Shown here piece after piece: positions 30,887-42,064 of a DNA stretch of 64,000 nucleotides. The stretch covers positions 84,870 to 148,869 of the forward strand of contig JAJNBD010000010.1 of assembly GCA_021156105.1 (NCBI GenBank). Reading direction: 5' to 3'. This DNA comes from Gammaproteobacteria bacterium (GTDB lineage Bacteria; Pseudomonadota; Gammaproteobacteria; CAISUE01). The notes below the pieces were generated by a model, which was not told the DNA's origin, did no database searches, and was given only the letters and a program-made list of their open reading frames with translations. A program made the position numbers and the translations under genes. Each line of letters begins with the position of its first letter. Positions within the stretch are counted from its first letter, which is position 1.

Positions 30887-31701
30887 CCGAAAGCTGCCTT
30901 AGAAAACGCGATTGTTAATGGCCAGGTTAATTTCTGCCGACCATTAGCAAAACTAATTTGTGCTTGTAAAAACTTTTGAGCAGAATCTATTTTTGCATAA
31001 AAACCTGAAATATCACGTACCAGCTCAACAGGCGCAGTTTCATCCGGTATCGTTAAGCGATACATACCATAACCATCAGATTCATTCTTCATCACAAACC
31101 ACAAATTTGTCTGCCAATGCGCAATACGCCATGATGAATTTGCTTGAATTGGTAAGCTCAGATAATACCGATCTTTTTGCCGCGTTAACGAATTTAACTT
31201 TAATAGCTGAGCTTCACGATGATTACTTAACAGAACTTCATCACCTTTTTTAAAGGTATTCGTCAATAAAAAATATCCACTCTTGTCAGCATCATATTGC
31301 AGGTGATAAAACGGTAACATGATATTTTCAGAAATAATAACTGAACTATCCGGTAATAATTTTTTTATTACGGCAGAAGGTAGAATTTGCTTTAAGGCAG
31401 CATCATTGTTTGGATAAATCTTTATTCCTAAAGAAGTTAATAATGGGCGCGACAAGTTATTTTGTATTTGAGCGCTTGCTTGAAATTGCAAACACCCCAA
31501 ATCACCAACCGTAGCGAAAGCTTGCTGCCAAATTCGACTTATGCTGATTGCCTCATCATAAATCATTTGCGAATTTTGCTGCGCCTGATGATTTTTACTT
31601 ACCGATACTAACAAACTGATACAAACTAATACCAACGTCATACCTAAAGCAGTGCTAATCAGTAATTCAACTAATGAAAGCCCACGAACAGAAGATTTCA
31701 T
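30871..31701 (-). CDS. Type IV pilus minor pilin PilW-like (prepilin-type N-terminal cleavage/methylation motif)
   Basis: MKSSVRGLSLVELLISTALGMTLV is a class-III signal. The start ATG at 31701 lies 2 bp after the queG stop, which implies translational coupling. The track's TTG-extended start is rejected. Confidence 0.6.
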   Translation of the reverse strand: MKSSVRGLSLVELLISTALGMTLVLVCISLLVSVSKNHQAQQNSQMIYDEAISISRIWQQAFATVGDLGCLQFQASAQIQNNLSRPLLTSLGIKIYPNNDAALKQILPSAVIKKLLPDSSVIISENIMLPFYHLQYDADKSGYFLLTNTFKKGDEVLLSNHREAQLLKLNSLTRQKDRYYLSLPIQANSSWRIAHWQTNLWFVMKNESDGYGMYRLTIPDETAPVELVRDISGFYAKIDSAQKFLQAQISFANGRQKLTWPLTIAFSKAAFGWRSW

Positions 31702-31703
31702 TA

Positions 31704-32756
31704 CTAAAACCCATGTTCTTTTAACGCCCAAAGTACATGTTCTTGTACAATTGCTGAAGGATAAGAAAGTTTTGCTTGCAAGGCTTGAGTAATTTCCTTT
31801 GAGCTTGGTGCATTGCCTAATGCAATTGCAATATTACGTAACCAAGATTCATAACCAATCCGACGAATTGCACTACCTTCGGTCTTTTGTAAGAACTCTT
31901 CTTCACTCCACTGAAATAGCTCCAACAAATCCGAGTCGAGTAAACCATGGCGCGGTTGAAAGTCCGGCTCTGATGAGGGTTTAGCATAGCGGTTCCAGGG
32001 GCAAACTAACTGACAATCGTCGCAGCCATAAATGCGATTTCCCATCGCCTTACGAAATTCAAGCGGAATAATGCCTTTAAACTCAATGGTTAGATAAGAA
32101 ATACAGCGACGAGCATCTAACACATACGGCGCAACAAACGCTTGCGTGGGACAAACATTTAGGCAAGCTTTACAAGAACCACAATGATTTTTGACCGACT
32201 CATCAACAGGCAACGGCAGATCCGTATAAAGTTCACCCAGAAAAAAATAAGAGCCTGCAAAGCGATTAATTAAATTCGTATTTTTACCTTGCCAGCCTAA
32301 CCCTGCTTTTGCTGCCAGAGGTTTTTCTAACACAGGCGCACTATCGACATAAGCACGATAACCAAATGAGCCCACCTCTGCAGTAATTTTTTCTGCTAAT
32401 TGCATGAGCTTTTTCTTTAGTACTTTGTGATAATCACGACCTACCGCATAGCGTGAAACAAAAGCTTTATTAGCATCATTTAAAATAGCAATCGTTCTTG
32501 ATTCTGGCGGTAAATAATCCATGCGCACAGAAATAATTCTTTGCGTACCCGGTACAAGCTCCGCAGGGCGCGCACGTTTTGTGCCATGCTTATGCATAAA
32601 ATACATTTCACCCGCATAACCACGCTCAAGCCACTCATCTAAATGTGCTTCTGCCGTTTGTAAATTCGTATCGGTAATACCGACTTGCTGAAAACCAAGC
32701 TCAATCCCCCATTGCTTAATTTTTTCAGCTAAAGCTTGCCAATTAGTTATTTGCAT
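31704..32756 (-). CDS. queG: Epoxyqueuosine reductase QueG
   Basis: Two 4Fe-4S ferredoxin motifs (CGSCKACLNVCP, CDDCQLVCPWN) plus conserved QueG N-terminal and HEAT-like C-terminal regions. Confidence 0.9.
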   Translation of the reverse strand: MQITNWQALAEKIKQWGIELGFQQVGITDTNLQTAEAHLDEWLERGYAGEMYFMHKHGTKRARPAELVPGTQRIISVRMDYLPPESRTIAILNDANKAFVSRYAVGRDYHKVLKKKLMQLAEKITAEVGSFGYRAYVDSAPVLEKPLAAKAGLGWQGKNTNLINRFAGSYFFLGELYTDLPLPVDESVKNHCGSCKACLNVCPTQAFVAPYVLDARRCISYLTIEFKGIIPLEFRKAMGNRIYGCDDCQLVCPWNRYAKPSSEPDFQPRHGLLDSDLLELFQWSEEEFLQKTEGSAIRRIGYESWLRNIAIALGNAPSSKEITQALQAKLSYPSAIVQEHVLWALKEHGF

Positions 32757-32834
32757 ATCAAAAATTTTGGGTACGTTAAGTCTATTATTTCACAAAGAAT
32801 TGAGACATTGAAAGAGCTTTTTGCCACTAGTTAT

Positions 32835-33833
32835 TTAAGCTCGAGAAGTATAACGAATGATAAAACGTTCTAATGCAGCCCATGGATCGCCTAAAGTATT
32901 ATTTTTAACCATACGATCAATATTGGCCATAGCTTTTAGCATAGAAGGCTGGCTGCAACCACGCTGCAAAGCCATACGATATAAGGGTTTACGCTTTTCC
33001 CATACACCTAATTTTTGGCAAGCTTCCGCAAAATTGCGCTCACCCATAGCCGCTATACGAATCAAAATACGCACATCTTTTAACAAAGCGCCAAATACCA
33101 GCATAATTTCGGCATCTGTTGCTTGGAGGCTACGACTAATTCTTAAACAGCGAGCTGTGTCCCCCTGCAAAAAAGCTTCGTTCAGTTGAAATACATCAAA
33201 AGATGCCTGGGGTAATACTGCTTCAAGAATTTCTTCAGGTGTTAAAGGCGCTTGATGCCCTGCGTAAATCAATGCTAATTTTTCTATAGCCTGGTCAGCA
33301 TATAACAAATTTCCTTCTGTTAATTCTGCAAAAACTTTTAATGCTTGCAAAGAAGTTTTAAGCTGATGTTTAGCAAGCCTTGCAGATAACCATTGTGGCA
33401 ATTGATCTGAGCCAATTGGCCAGCATTGTACAACCACACCAGTTGCTTCGAGCTCTTTAAAAAATTTTGTTTGCATCATGCTGCTATCAAGCTTAGCGCT
33501 TAATAGCAATAATATTGCATTTGGACTAGGCTTTTGACAATAGGCTTGTAAAAAATTTGCTAAACCTTCTGAAAGTTTGGAAGAAGCAAGGGAAATTTCC
33601 ACTAAATTTTTTGCTGAAAAAAGTGAACTCGCATAAAGCGCTGACTGCAGTACTGCTAAATCTATATTTTGTGAATCAAATCGTTGACGCTCTAAATAAC
33701 CCTGTGCTTTGGCTGCTTCAAATAAAGCCGTACGGCACTCACTTAGCTGCAAAGGTTCATCGCTGGTGATCCAGTAAAGCGGCTGCAAAGATTTTTGCAA
33801 GGAACGATGAAAAGCATCCGCATTAATTTTCAT
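32835..33833 (-). CDS. holA: DNA polymerase III delta subunit
   Basis: N-terminus (LQPLYWITSDEPLQLSE), size (332 aa), and position directly downstream of lptE (conserved lptE-holA arrangement). Confidence 0.8.
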   Translation of the reverse strand: MKINADAFHRSLQKSLQPLYWITSDEPLQLSECRTALFEAAKAQGYLERQRFDSQNIDLAVLQSALYASSLFSAKNLVEISLASSKLSEGLANFLQAYCQKPSPNAILLLLSAKLDSSMMQTKFFKELEATGVVVQCWPIGSDQLPQWLSARLAKHQLKTSLQALKVFAELTEGNLLYADQAIEKLALIYAGHQAPLTPEEILEAVLPQASFDVFQLNEAFLQGDTARCLRISRSLQATDAEIMLVFGALLKDVRILIRIAAMGERNFAEACQKLGVWEKRKPLYRMALQRGCSQPSMLKAMANIDRMVKNNTLGDPWAALERFIIRYTSRA

Positions 33834-33862
33834 AGCAATCGATATTAATAAACAAACACCGT

Positions 33863-34438
33863 TTAAGTTTCCCTTGCTTGTTCAATTGCTTTAGTGACAT
33901 TATGTCCGCTTAACCTGAACATAATTTGGCTAACAACATCTTGCTGCAATTGTTCGATTAAGCCAGGCTGTTGATTATAATTGGTTAGCAATTGACCCGA
34001 GGTTAAAGTATAGCTTGTGCTGCTTTCAACTTGTTGGTTTGGTACAATAACTTTGCCGCTTGCATCTCTTACATCAAATACCACAATATAATGCAAAGAA
34101 TAAGTACTGGTTTGCCCCGTTGTACTTGTAGCTTGCAACACAGGATTTGTATTAATCTGTGAAATAAACAGCGTATATTCTGCATGTGTTGCATCTTTAA
34201 CCGTCGTTACGCCTGCATGATTTAAAACTTCACTAAGCTTCCTTATTAGTGGCTCGTAAGGCTGAGAATAGCTCACATAGATGTTTTGGAAACCTGGCGC
34301 CAGCGGGAATTTTCCACGCAGATGAAAACCACAAGCGCTCAGCAAAAAAACTAAACTTAAACAAAGCAAATAACGAAAAACATATTGGCGCGAAGTAGTT
34401 TTAAAAAAGTTAAAAAGCTGCATAGTTAATATAGCCAA
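33863..34438 (-). CDS. lptE: LPS-assembly lipoprotein LptE
   Basis: Lipobox LSACGFHLRG, typical of LptE/RlpB. 191 aa. Adjacent to holA. Confidence 0.8.
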   Translation of the reverse strand: MAILTMQLFNFFKTTSRQYVFRYLLCLSLVFLLSACGFHLRGKFPLAPGFQNIYVSYSQPYEPLIRKLSEVLNHAGVTTVKDATHAEYTLFISQINTNPVLQATSTTGQTSTYSLHYIVVFDVRDASGKVIVPNQQVESSTSYTLTSGQLLTNYNQQPGLIEQLQQDVVSQIMFRLSGHNVTKAIEQARET

Positions 34439-34449
34439 TTAAGAAAAAT

Positions 34450-34911
34450 TTATCTTGTCGTTTTGAGCTGTTCAATGCTTGTCAAAATTTTTTGGCGAAA
34501 GCTCTGTGGATTTTCGATAGTTGAAAATACCAACTGATCCCCACCCACACCATTCACGATAATGTCGCCATAACCCAAAATTTTCCCTAACAGCGATTGC
34601 TGCATCTGCACACTTTCAACACGCGTAAGCGGAACATCCCAGGTACGTCTAAAAAACAAGCCGCGTTGTAAAATCACCCGCCCTGTACTTAATGCATATG
34701 CCGTGCCCATATAACGAATAAGCACATCTGCAAAAAGATAAATAATAATAGCAATACCGACATAATTTAAGAGAAATAAAAAGTGTTGATGCAACATAAA
34801 AAATGTAATAGCAATAGAAACAAAAACAGGCCAAACAAAAATGATCCAGTGTAGCTCACTTTGATCTAACCATTGCTCACTAGGCATTAAGCTTGCATCT
34901 ATATTACTCAT
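34450..34911 (-). CDS. Membrane protein with bacterial PH (bPH_2/YdbS-like) domain
   Basis: Two N-terminal TM helices, then ...[41 protein letters not shown], typical of bPH_2. Confidence 0.6.
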   Translation of the reverse strand: MSNIDASLMPSEQWLDQSELHWIIFVWPVFVSIAITFFMLHQHFLFLLNYVGIAIIIYLFADVLIRYMGTAYALSTGRVILQRGLFFRRTWDVPLTRVESVQMQQSLLGKILGYGDIIVNGVGGDQLVFSTIENPQSFRQKILTSIEQLKTTR

Positions 34912-36176
34912 AACTCTCCTTTGCCAAGATATGGTACTAATACAGTGGGAATTTTAACGCTACCATCAGCTTGCTGATAGTTTTCTAAAATTGCGACCAG
35001 GGTGCGCCCGACCGCCAAACCAGAACCATTCAAGGTGTGTAAATATTCGGGTTTATTGCTTGCTGGATTGCGCCATCTTGCTTGTAAACGTCGCGCTTGG
35101 AAATCTTTAAAATTACTGCAAGAAGAAATTTCCCGATATTTTTGCTGTCCTGGCAACCATACTTCTAAATCATAAGTTTTGCTCGAGGCAAAACCCATAT
35201 CGCCCCCACAAAGTAAAACACGGCGATAAGGTAATTCAAGCTGCTCAAGAATTGTCTCTGCATGGCTTGTTAATGCCTCATGGGCTGCTTCTGATTGATC
35301 AGGCGCAACAAACTGCACTAGCTCGACTTTCTCAAACTGATGTTGGCGAATTAAACCACGGGTATCTTTTCCATAAGAGCCTGCTTCGCTACGAAAACAA
35401 GGCGTATGCGCCACATATTTTTTAGGTAATTCTTCTACGGCAAAAATCGTATCTCGCGCCAAGTTAGTCACTGGCACTTCAGCCGTAGGGATTAAATATA
35501 ACGCTGGCTCATTGTTGGTTTTAAATTGATCTTCTTCAAACTTTGGCAACTGACCTGTGCCATACAGCGACTCAGCATTAACCAAATAAGGCACATAAAC
35601 TTCTTGATAACCATGGGCATTCGTATGCAGATCTAACATAAATTGAATTAACGCACGTTGCAATTTCGCTAAAGGCCCATGCAGTACCACGAAACGCGCA
35701 GAGGCCAGCTGTGCGGCTTTATCAAAATCAGCCCAACCTCGTGCCAGTGCTAAATCCACATGATCTTTTGGCGTAAAATCAAACGCACGTGGTTCACCCC
35801 AGGTTTTGATTTCTAAATTATCATTTTCATCTTTACCCAAAGGTACGCTAGCATCAGGCATATTAGGAATGCGCAATTGTGCATCACGAATTTCAGCTAA
35901 TAGGGCCGTTAAAGCCACCTCATTTGCCTTTAACTCTTGCGCAAGCGCTTCCGAAGTTTTGAGTAATTCGTCTGCATTTTCACCTTTTGCTTTCTTTTGC
36001 CCCACAGCTTTTGCTAATTGATTACGCTCACTTTGCAAGCTTTCTGTTTTTGTCTGCAGCTCTTTACGTTTAGCTTCTAATGACTGAAAATAAGCAATAT
36101 CTAAAGAAAATCCCCGCTTAGCAAGCGCTTCTGCAAGCACTGGCAAATCTTGTCGATAATATTTTTGGTCAAGCAT
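34908..36176 (-). CDS. serS: Seryl-tRNA synthetase
   Basis: N-terminal coiled-coil arm. Class II motifs ([41 protein letters not shown]). Confidence 0.95.
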   Translation of the reverse strand: MLDQKYYRQDLPVLAEALAKRGFSLDIAYFQSLEAKRKELQTKTESLQSERNQLAKAVGQKKAKGENADELLKTSEALAQELKANEVALTALLAEIRDAQLRIPNMPDASVPLGKDENDNLEIKTWGEPRAFDFTPKDHVDLALARGWADFDKAAQLASARFVVLHGPLAKLQRALIQFMLDLHTNAHGYQEVYVPYLVNAESLYGTGQLPKFEEDQFKTNNEPALYLIPTAEVPVTNLARDTIFAVEELPKKYVAHTPCFRSEAGSYGKDTRGLIRQHQFEKVELVQFVAPDQSEAAHEALTSHAETILEQLELPYRRVLLCGGDMGFASSKTYDLEVWLPGQQKYREISSCSNFKDFQARRLQARWRNPASNKPEYLHTLNGSGLAVGRTLVAILENYQQADGSVKIPTVLVPYLGKGEL

Positions 36177-36561
36177 AAAAAAATTTCCCCAACATAATTC
36201 CTAGCCAAGCCGCCAGCAATCCTATAGCCACGCTTGCTAAAATATAAATAAACGCGGTCCCTCCTTCACCTTCGTAAAGCAAGCTAACTGTCTCTAAGCT
36301 CAATGAAGAAAAAGTCGTAAAACCACCTAAAATTCCCACCATAAAAAAAAGCCGCAACGTTTGCGCCACATGAGGCCAGCGCTGTACAAAATATACCGAG
36401 AATAATCCTATTAAAAAACTACCTATTAAATTCACGGCAAAAGTGCCCACCGGAAAAATCATTTGTGGCCAGCGCGTAATGCTAAAGCATGTTAAAGAAT
36501 AGCGTGCCACAGAACCCAATGCGCCGCCAAAAAAGACCAGCAGTAAATTCATTAGATTCAT
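36169..36561 (-). CDS. crcB: Fluoride ion channel CrcB (Fluc)
   Basis: 130 aa with four TM helices. [10 protein letters not shown] and GFTTFSS motifs. Confidence 0.9.
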   Translation of the reverse strand: MNLMNLLLVFFGGALGSVARYSLTCFSITRWPQMIFPVGTFAVNLIGSFLIGLFSVYFVQRWPHVAQTLRLFFMVGILGGFTTFSSLSLETVSLLYEGEGGTAFIYILASVAIGLLAAWLGIMLGKFFYA

Positions 36562-37373
36562 TCAACCAAACCTTTTTCACCAAACATGCGGCGATACAAT
36601 AAAGCCCAAGCCATTAAATTAGGTGGCACTAACACAAGGTCACTTAAATACCAGCTGCGCACGCCCATATTCCAAATAAAATAAGTAATCAACAGCAAAC
36701 CCAACACACGCCAAAAATGTAAACGAATATTTTTCCAAGACATACTAATTGCAATAACAACGGAAGTACGCGCGCCAAAAACTAAATTTAATACCATCGA
36801 TAGCATGGTGGCTAGCCATAACAAAAGCACAATAAGAATTAGAGTGCCTAAATAATATTGAGGTAACACTTGATGCGCTAAAATTTTTCCACCTAAAAAA
36901 GTTAAACCATAAAAGATGGGAAAGAAAATTAAAAAAGCAAAAAACAGCACTGAAATTAAGCGCATCCACCAAATAAGGGTCAAATAATGAGTAAGCAAAC
37001 TAAAACTAACAGGGCGCTGATAAGCTGCGCGTAATGACATTAAGTTCATGCCCAGATAAATTGGGATGGTAATAAAAATCCCATAAAGTAAAGGAAAAAA
37101 ACTGACGCTAGCATGAGAGAATGCTGCCAAAAATGGTGTGGATTGTAGCCAAGTTGTTGATGGCGTTAGACTCGCCAACAAGGGAAACATTTTCGCTAAA
37201 ATAGGTGCCCAGAGGGGAAAATGCATCACCGCAACCAGAAAAAAATTAGCAATTAATAATTTTAGCCATACTGGCTTTGCTGCCTTAAAAGCTTCCCGCC
37301 AAAGTTCATAGATTTTGAATTGACAAGGCTGACCTGCAAATGCGGATTGATACTTAAATAAAGAGTTAAACAT
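36558..37373 (-). CDS. Polytopic membrane protein of unknown function (271 aa)
   Basis: About 6-7 TM helices. Overlaps crcB by 4 bp. Confidence 0.5.
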   Translation of the reverse strand: MFNSLFKYQSAFAGQPCQFKIYELWREAFKAAKPVWLKLLIANFFLVAVMHFPLWAPILAKMFPLLASLTPSTTWLQSTPFLAAFSHASVSFFPLLYGIFITIPIYLGMNLMSLRAAYQRPVSFSLLTHYLTLIWWMRLISVLFFAFLIFFPIFYGLTFLGGKILAHQVLPQYYLGTLILIVLLLWLATMLSMVLNLVFGARTSVVIAISMSWKNIRLHFWRVLGLLLITYFIWNMGVRSWYLSDLVLVPPNLMAWALLYRRMFGEKGLVE

Positions 37374-37375
37374 AA

Positions 37376-38164
37376 TTATTCCAAAGTAGGAATTCCCATG
37401 ATGTGAAAACCTGCATCCACAAAAATGATTTCACCGGTAATTCCTGATGCAAGGTCAGAACATAAAAACGCAGCTGTATTCCCAACCTCTTCGATAGTCA
37501 CATTTTTGCGTAAAGGAGTATTTTTTTCGTGCACACTGAGCATTTTGCGAAAATCTTTTACTCCAGAAGCAGCGAGCGTTCTAATAGGACCTGCAGAGAT
37601 AGCATTTACGCGAATTCCATTAGGTCCAAGGCTTGCCGCTAAATATCGGGTGCAAGCTTCTAAGCTAGCTTTTGCCACGCCCATGACATTGTAATTTTCT
37701 ACGCAGCGCTCTGAACCTAAATAGGTCAGCGTCAGTAACGCGCCATTTCGCCCTTCCATCATGGGTTTTGCTGCTTTAGCTAAGGCTGCAAAACTATAAG
37801 CACTCACATCATGCGCAATTTGAAAACCTTCACGCGTCACAGCATCCACAAAATTACCTTGCAATTGATCAGCTGGCGCGAAACCAATGGAGTGAACCAT
37901 GATATCTAAGCCATCCCAATGTTGTTTTAGTGTTTGAAAGGTACGTTCAATTTCAGCATCACTTGAAACATCGCAAGGCAATAAAAGTTTAGCATCAAAA
38001 TCCTTGGCTAATTCTTCAACACGATCACGAAGTTTTTCCGATTGATAAGTAAAGGCAAGTTCAGCCCCCTGCTGCTGCATTGCTTGCGCAATACCATAAG
38101 CAATTGACCGATTGCTGACCAAACCGGTTATCAGTGCTTTTTTTCCTTTAAGAAAACCAGACAT
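37376..38164 (-). CDS. fabI: Enoyl-[acyl-carrier-protein] reductase [NADH] FabI
   Basis: [27 protein letters not shown]-terminus. Y-x6-K active site. Start refined to 38164 with AGGA SD. Confidence 0.95.
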   Translation of the reverse strand: MSGFLKGKKALITGLVSNRSIAYGIAQAMQQQGAELAFTYQSEKLRDRVEELAKDFDAKLLLPCDVSSDAEIERTFQTLKQHWDGLDIMVHSIGFAPADQLQGNFVDAVTREGFQIAHDVSAYSFAALAKAAKPMMEGRNGALLTLTYLGSERCVENYNVMGVAKASLEACTRYLAASLGPNGIRVNAISAGPIRTLAASGVKDFRKMLSVHEKNTPLRKNVTIEEVGNTAAFLCSDLASGITGEIIFVDAGFHIMGIPTLE

Positions 38165-38230
38165 AATATCGTTCCTGTTTTTTTGCTTTTTAAAAAGCAA
38201 CCATCCGCTCGCACTTGCAGCTTTGGCTTT

Positions 38231-38857
38231 TTAGCGCTCTGATAATAACTCGCGCATTTTAGCCTTAATCATTTCAATTGCAATACGGTTTTCGCCGCCG
38301 CGTGGGACAATAATATCCGCATAACGTTTAGAAGGCTCGATGAACTGTAAGTACATTGGTCGTACCGTTGCTTCATATTGATCCATCACAGATTTGACAG
38401 AGCGTCCGCGCTGTAAAACATCACGCTGTAAACGCCGCAGCAAACAAATATCCATTGGCGTATCCATAAAAATACGGATATCCATAATGTCACGTAGATA
38501 AGGTTCAACAAAAAGCAAAATCCCTTCCAAAACAATAATGGCATGTTTACCAATTGTTTTAGTCTTTTCTGAGCGTTGGTGAAGCGTAAAATCATAGATC
38601 GGCACTTCAATGGTCTCGCCATTTTGCAAAGCTTTTAAGTGCTCTAATAAAAGCTGATGATCAAATGCATCAGGATGGTCAAAGTTAACGTTAGCTCGCT
38701 CTTCCATTGACAAATGTGTCAAGTCTTTATAGTAAGAGTCTTCAGAAATAACGACGACTCTTTTTGAGCCTAGTTCAGAGACAATGGTATTTGCAAGAAG
38801 GCTTTTCCCAGAGGCAGAAGCCCCAGAAATTCCGATGATGATGGTATTATTTTTCAT
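38231..38857 (-). CDS. udk: Uridine kinase
   Basis: P-loop [13 protein letters not shown]. 208 aa. Conserved Udk C-terminus. Confidence 0.9.
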   Translation of the reverse strand: MKNNTIIIGISGASASGKSLLANTIVSELGSKRVVVISEDSYYKDLTHLSMEERANVNFDHPDAFDHQLLLEHLKALQNGETIEVPIYDFTLHQRSEKTKTIGKHAIIVLEGILLFVEPYLRDIMDIRIFMDTPMDICLLRRLQRDVLQRGRSVKSVMDQYEATVRPMYLQFIEPSKRYADIIVPRGGENRIAIEMIKAKMRELLSER

Positions 38858-39004
38858 GAGAGGGAAATAAAGGGAAATTAAGTTAAAATGATAGACAATT
38901 ATGAGGCAGATAGCAAGTAGAGGGTAGTTTTTTCAGCCATCAAAATAGCAATATTCGAGCCGCGACCGTAAGGGAACGGCCCTGATACGTCACAGCTCGG
39001 CGTT

Positions 39005-39871
39005 TTATAGTTTTGAAATTTGTAACTGACCGTTTTTTAAGAAGATTTGCACAGGTGATTTACTTTTGATATGCGCCATCACATCTTCATGCAACCAATA
39101 ATGCCCTGCGATTGAAAGCAATTCGGCAGACACATCCTGGCAAAAAATCCTTGCAGCAGCATTTCCTTTCGCCCCCGCAAGCGCCCGTCCTCTTAATTGA
39201 CCATAAACGTGAATATTACCATCGGCAATAAGTTCCGCGCCGGGGCTAACAGAGCTAATCACCACTAAATCTGCATCTTTTGCATAGATTTGTTGGCCGG
39301 AGCGTACAGGATGGGTGATAACCATCGTACTTGCCGCTAACGTTGTCGGGCTTACTTCAGTTTTTACGGGCTGAACAACCTCTTCTTTTACTGGAGTTTC
39401 AGTAACTGGTACTGGCGCTGGTGTTGCAGCAGGGGCAGCCACTGATGTAGCCGCTTCCGCAACGACCTTATCCCCCTTAGTCCGTAGCGGTTTAGCACTA
39501 CCAAGTTCAGCGCTATGCGCGCCTGAAGATTTACTTTGGCTCGCATTAGGCAAGATAGCAAAGCCAGCTGCTTTAGCAGCCTCTTGCAGATGATGAGGAA
39601 CATGTCTAAGGCCAACAACGATAAGATTATGCTGACGCAACAATTCTTTTAGCGTCGCAAAGTCTAACTCAGCACCACTTTCTTGATTCAAGCGTTGAAA
39701 ATCCACAATTACTGGCGCACTTTCAAAAAATTTAGGCGCTTGCTTACGTAATTTTAAAAGCTGCTCATGTAATGCTTGCAAATCCGTTTCGAGTAAATGC
39801 AGTGTCGTTAGCGTATATAAGCTTGCTTTTAATTGAAAAACTGGTGACTTATTCGCAAGATCCGTAGACAT
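39005..39871 (-). CDS. minC: Septum site-determining protein MinC
   Basis: C-terminal beta-helix domain (SPGAELIADGNIHVYGQLRGRALAGAKGNAAARIFCQDVSAELLSIAGHYWL) nearly identical to enterobacterial MinC. No minD/minE is adjacent. Confidence 0.9.
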   Translation of the reverse strand: MSTDLANKSPVFQLKASLYTLTTLHLLETDLQALHEQLLKLRKQAPKFFESAPVIVDFQRLNQESGAELDFATLKELLRQHNLIVVGLRHVPHHLQEAAKAAGFAILPNASQSKSSGAHSAELGSAKPLRTKGDKVVAEAATSVAAPAATPAPVPVTETPVKEEVVQPVKTEVSPTTLAASTMVITHPVRSGQQIYAKDADLVVISSVSPGAELIADGNIHVYGQLRGRALAGAKGNAAARIFCQDVSAELLSIAGHYWLHEDVMAHIKSKSPVQIFLKNGQLQISKL

Positions 39872-40003
39872 TGTTTATAATCCTATTCTTTTGAAGAAAT
39901 TTCGTACGTGGTATATTAGCATTTTTCTGAAAATATGAAACACCTCTTAAGTTAGTTTTTAAATTTAATTAGCTGACAAGAAAAACAGATATAAGGTAAT
40001 ACC

Positions 40004-41689
40004 GTGGAAAAAGTTTGGATACGACATTATCAGCCAGGCGTACCTGCTGAAATTGACCCTAATGCTTATCGTTCAGTGGTAGATCTCTTCGATAAGTCTT
40101 GCTCTCTTTATGCAAAACAAAAAGCTTTCTCAAACATGGGTTGTGATATTTATTATCGTGAACTCAAAGACCAAGTTGAAGCTTTTGCGGCATTTTTACA
40201 ACAATCGCTCGGTTTAAAGAAAGGTGACCGCGTCGGCATTATGCTACCAAATAGCTTGCAATATCCTGTTGCTATGTTTGGTATTTTAAAAGCTGGCGGC
40301 GTAGTCGTTAACTTTAATCCCCTTTATACCGTTGATGAAGTTGCGCATCAGATTAAAGATTCTGGCGCAAAAATCATGCTAGTTATGGCAAACTTCGCTA
40401 ACGTCTTAGCAGAAGCTAGAAAACGCGTATCTCTTGAACATGTCATCGTGACGCAGCTAGGTGATTTGCTTCCCTGGCCTAAGGGACCTATTGTTAACTT
40501 TGTGGTTAATAAAGTAAAAAAACTCATTAAAGCCTGGGACATTCCAGGGTATATCCCCTTTAAAAAAGCATTAAATACTGGCAAGCGCTTAAAATTTGAT
40601 GCTGTCGAAGTTACGCATGAGGATATTGCTTTCTTGCAATACACTGGCGGCACAACGGGTGTTGCCAAAGGCGCAATGCTGACCCATCGCAATATGGTGT
40701 CGAATGTTGAACAAGCATCCAGTTGGATTAAGCCTGCACTTGGTAAGAATCAAGAATTAATCGTAACCGCACTGCCGCTTTATCATATTTTTTCATTGTT
40801 AGCGAACTGTTTAGTCTTTTTGAAGGTTGGCGCACAAAACTTGCTGATCACCAACCCTCGCGACATTCCTGCTTTTGTTGAAGAAATTTCGAAATATCCC
40901 TTTACGGCAATTACAGGCGTTAATACCTTATTTAATGCTTTATTAAATAATTCTGGCTTTACCAAAATTGACTTTAGCCATATGCATTTAACCTTAGGCG
41001 GCGGTATGGCGGTGCAACGTGCTGTTGCCGAGCGCTGGTTTCGGGTAACAGGCAAACCATTGCTTGAAGCTTATGGATTAACCGAGTCTTCTCCTGCCGT
41101 CTGCATTAACCCCATGAACTTGGAAAAATATAATGGTGCGATTGGATTACCAATTCCTTCCACCAATATTTCTATCCGTAGTGAGGAAGGCGAAGAGCTA
41201 GGCTTTGATACCCCCGGTGAACTTTGGGTTAAAGGACCACAAGTCATGCGCGGATATTGGCAACGCCCTGATGAAACCGCTAAAGTTTTAACCCCCGATG
41301 GTTGGCTCAAAACAGGTGATATTGCTACGGTGGATCGCGATGGCTTTGTCAGGATTGTTGATCGCGCCAAAGATATGATTATTGTTTCAGGTTTCAATGT
41401 TTACCCCAATGAAATTGAAGATGTTTTAGCAGCTTGCCCCAAAGTCAAAGAGGTTGCCGTCATTGGTGTACCTTCTTCAGTGTCAGGTGAGTCCGTGAAA
41501 GCTTTTATCGTACCAGCCGATGATCAAGTGACTAAAGCTGATATCATGAATTACGCACGCGAACACTTAACTGGCTATAAACTTCCGCGTCTAGTCGAAT
41601 TCCGTCAGGAGCTACCTAAATCCAATGTGGGGAAAATTCTACGTCGCGCGCTAAGAGATGAAGAGTTAAAAAAATCTAAGGACGCTTAA
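40004..41689 (+). CDS. fadD: Long-chain-fatty-acid--CoA ligase (FadD family)
   Basis: AMP-binding motif YTGGTTGVAKGAMLTHRN and conserved FadD N-terminus (MEKVWIRHYQPGVPAEID). Confidence 0.9.
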   Translation: MEKVWIRHYQPGVPAEIDPNAYRSVVDLFDKSCSLYAKQKAFSNMGCDIYYRELKDQVEAFAAFLQQSLGLKKGDRVGIMLPNSLQYPVAMFGILKAGGVVVNFNPLYTVDEVAHQIKDSGAKIMLVMANFANVLAEARKRVSLEHVIVTQLGDLLPWPKGPIVNFVVNKVKKLIKAWDIPGYIPFKKALNTGKRLKFDAVEVTHEDIAFLQYTGGTTGVAKGAMLTHRNMVSNVEQASSWIKPALGKNQELIVTALPLYHIFSLLANCLVFLKVGAQNLLITNPRDIPAFVEEISKYPFTAITGVNTLFNALLNNSGFTKIDFSHMHLTLGGGMAVQRAVAERWFRVTGKPLLEAYGLTESSPAVCINPMNLEKYNGAIGLPIPSTNISIRSEEGEELGFDTPGELWVKGPQVMRGYWQRPDETAKVLTPDGWLKTGDIATVDRDGFVRIVDRAKDMIIVSGFNVYPNEIEDVLAACPKVKEVAVIGVPSSVSGESVKAFIVPADDQVTKADIMNYAREHLTGYKLPRLVEFRQELPKSNVGKILRRALRDEELKKSKDA

Positions 41690-41801
41690 GCGTTTGATTC
41701 AAACTATTTCCCCTCGTGCTTGCGAGGGGATTGCATCAGTAAGCGCAAAGCTGCCTCAGCTGAAATACAAAATATTAATTTGAATTTTTTTACTAAAGAT
41801 A

Positions 41802-41888
41802 TGGTACCGAGAGTCGGAATCGAACCGACACGGTGTTGCCACCACCAGATTTTGAGTCTGGCGCGTCTACCAGTTCCGCCATCCCGGC
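41802..41888 (-). tRNA. tRNA-Leu (anticodon CAA), class II with long variable arm
   Basis: The reverse complement GCCGGGATGGCGGAACTGGTAGACGCGCCAGACTCAAAATCTGG...GGTTCGATTCC...ACCA folds canonically. The anticodon loop is CTCAAAA. Confidence 0.9.
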
Positions 41889-42064
41889 ACACAAAGTGTG
41901 AAGGTGGAATTATACCAAGATTCTGGTAAGATGCAAGTATGGGAGCGATTATCTCATAGAGTCTTGCCTAAAAATAAGCATGGCTTAATTTTTAATTAAA
42001 CATTTAAGTGTCATCGTTTGCAATGACAAAATTATTTATTTGATATCTTAATTAGGGGCTTAGC

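Noticed and set aside
41704..41929. Two short ORFs (62 and 69 aa) overlapping tRNA-Leu
   Set aside because: They overlap a canonical tRNA gene on both strands. Spurious.
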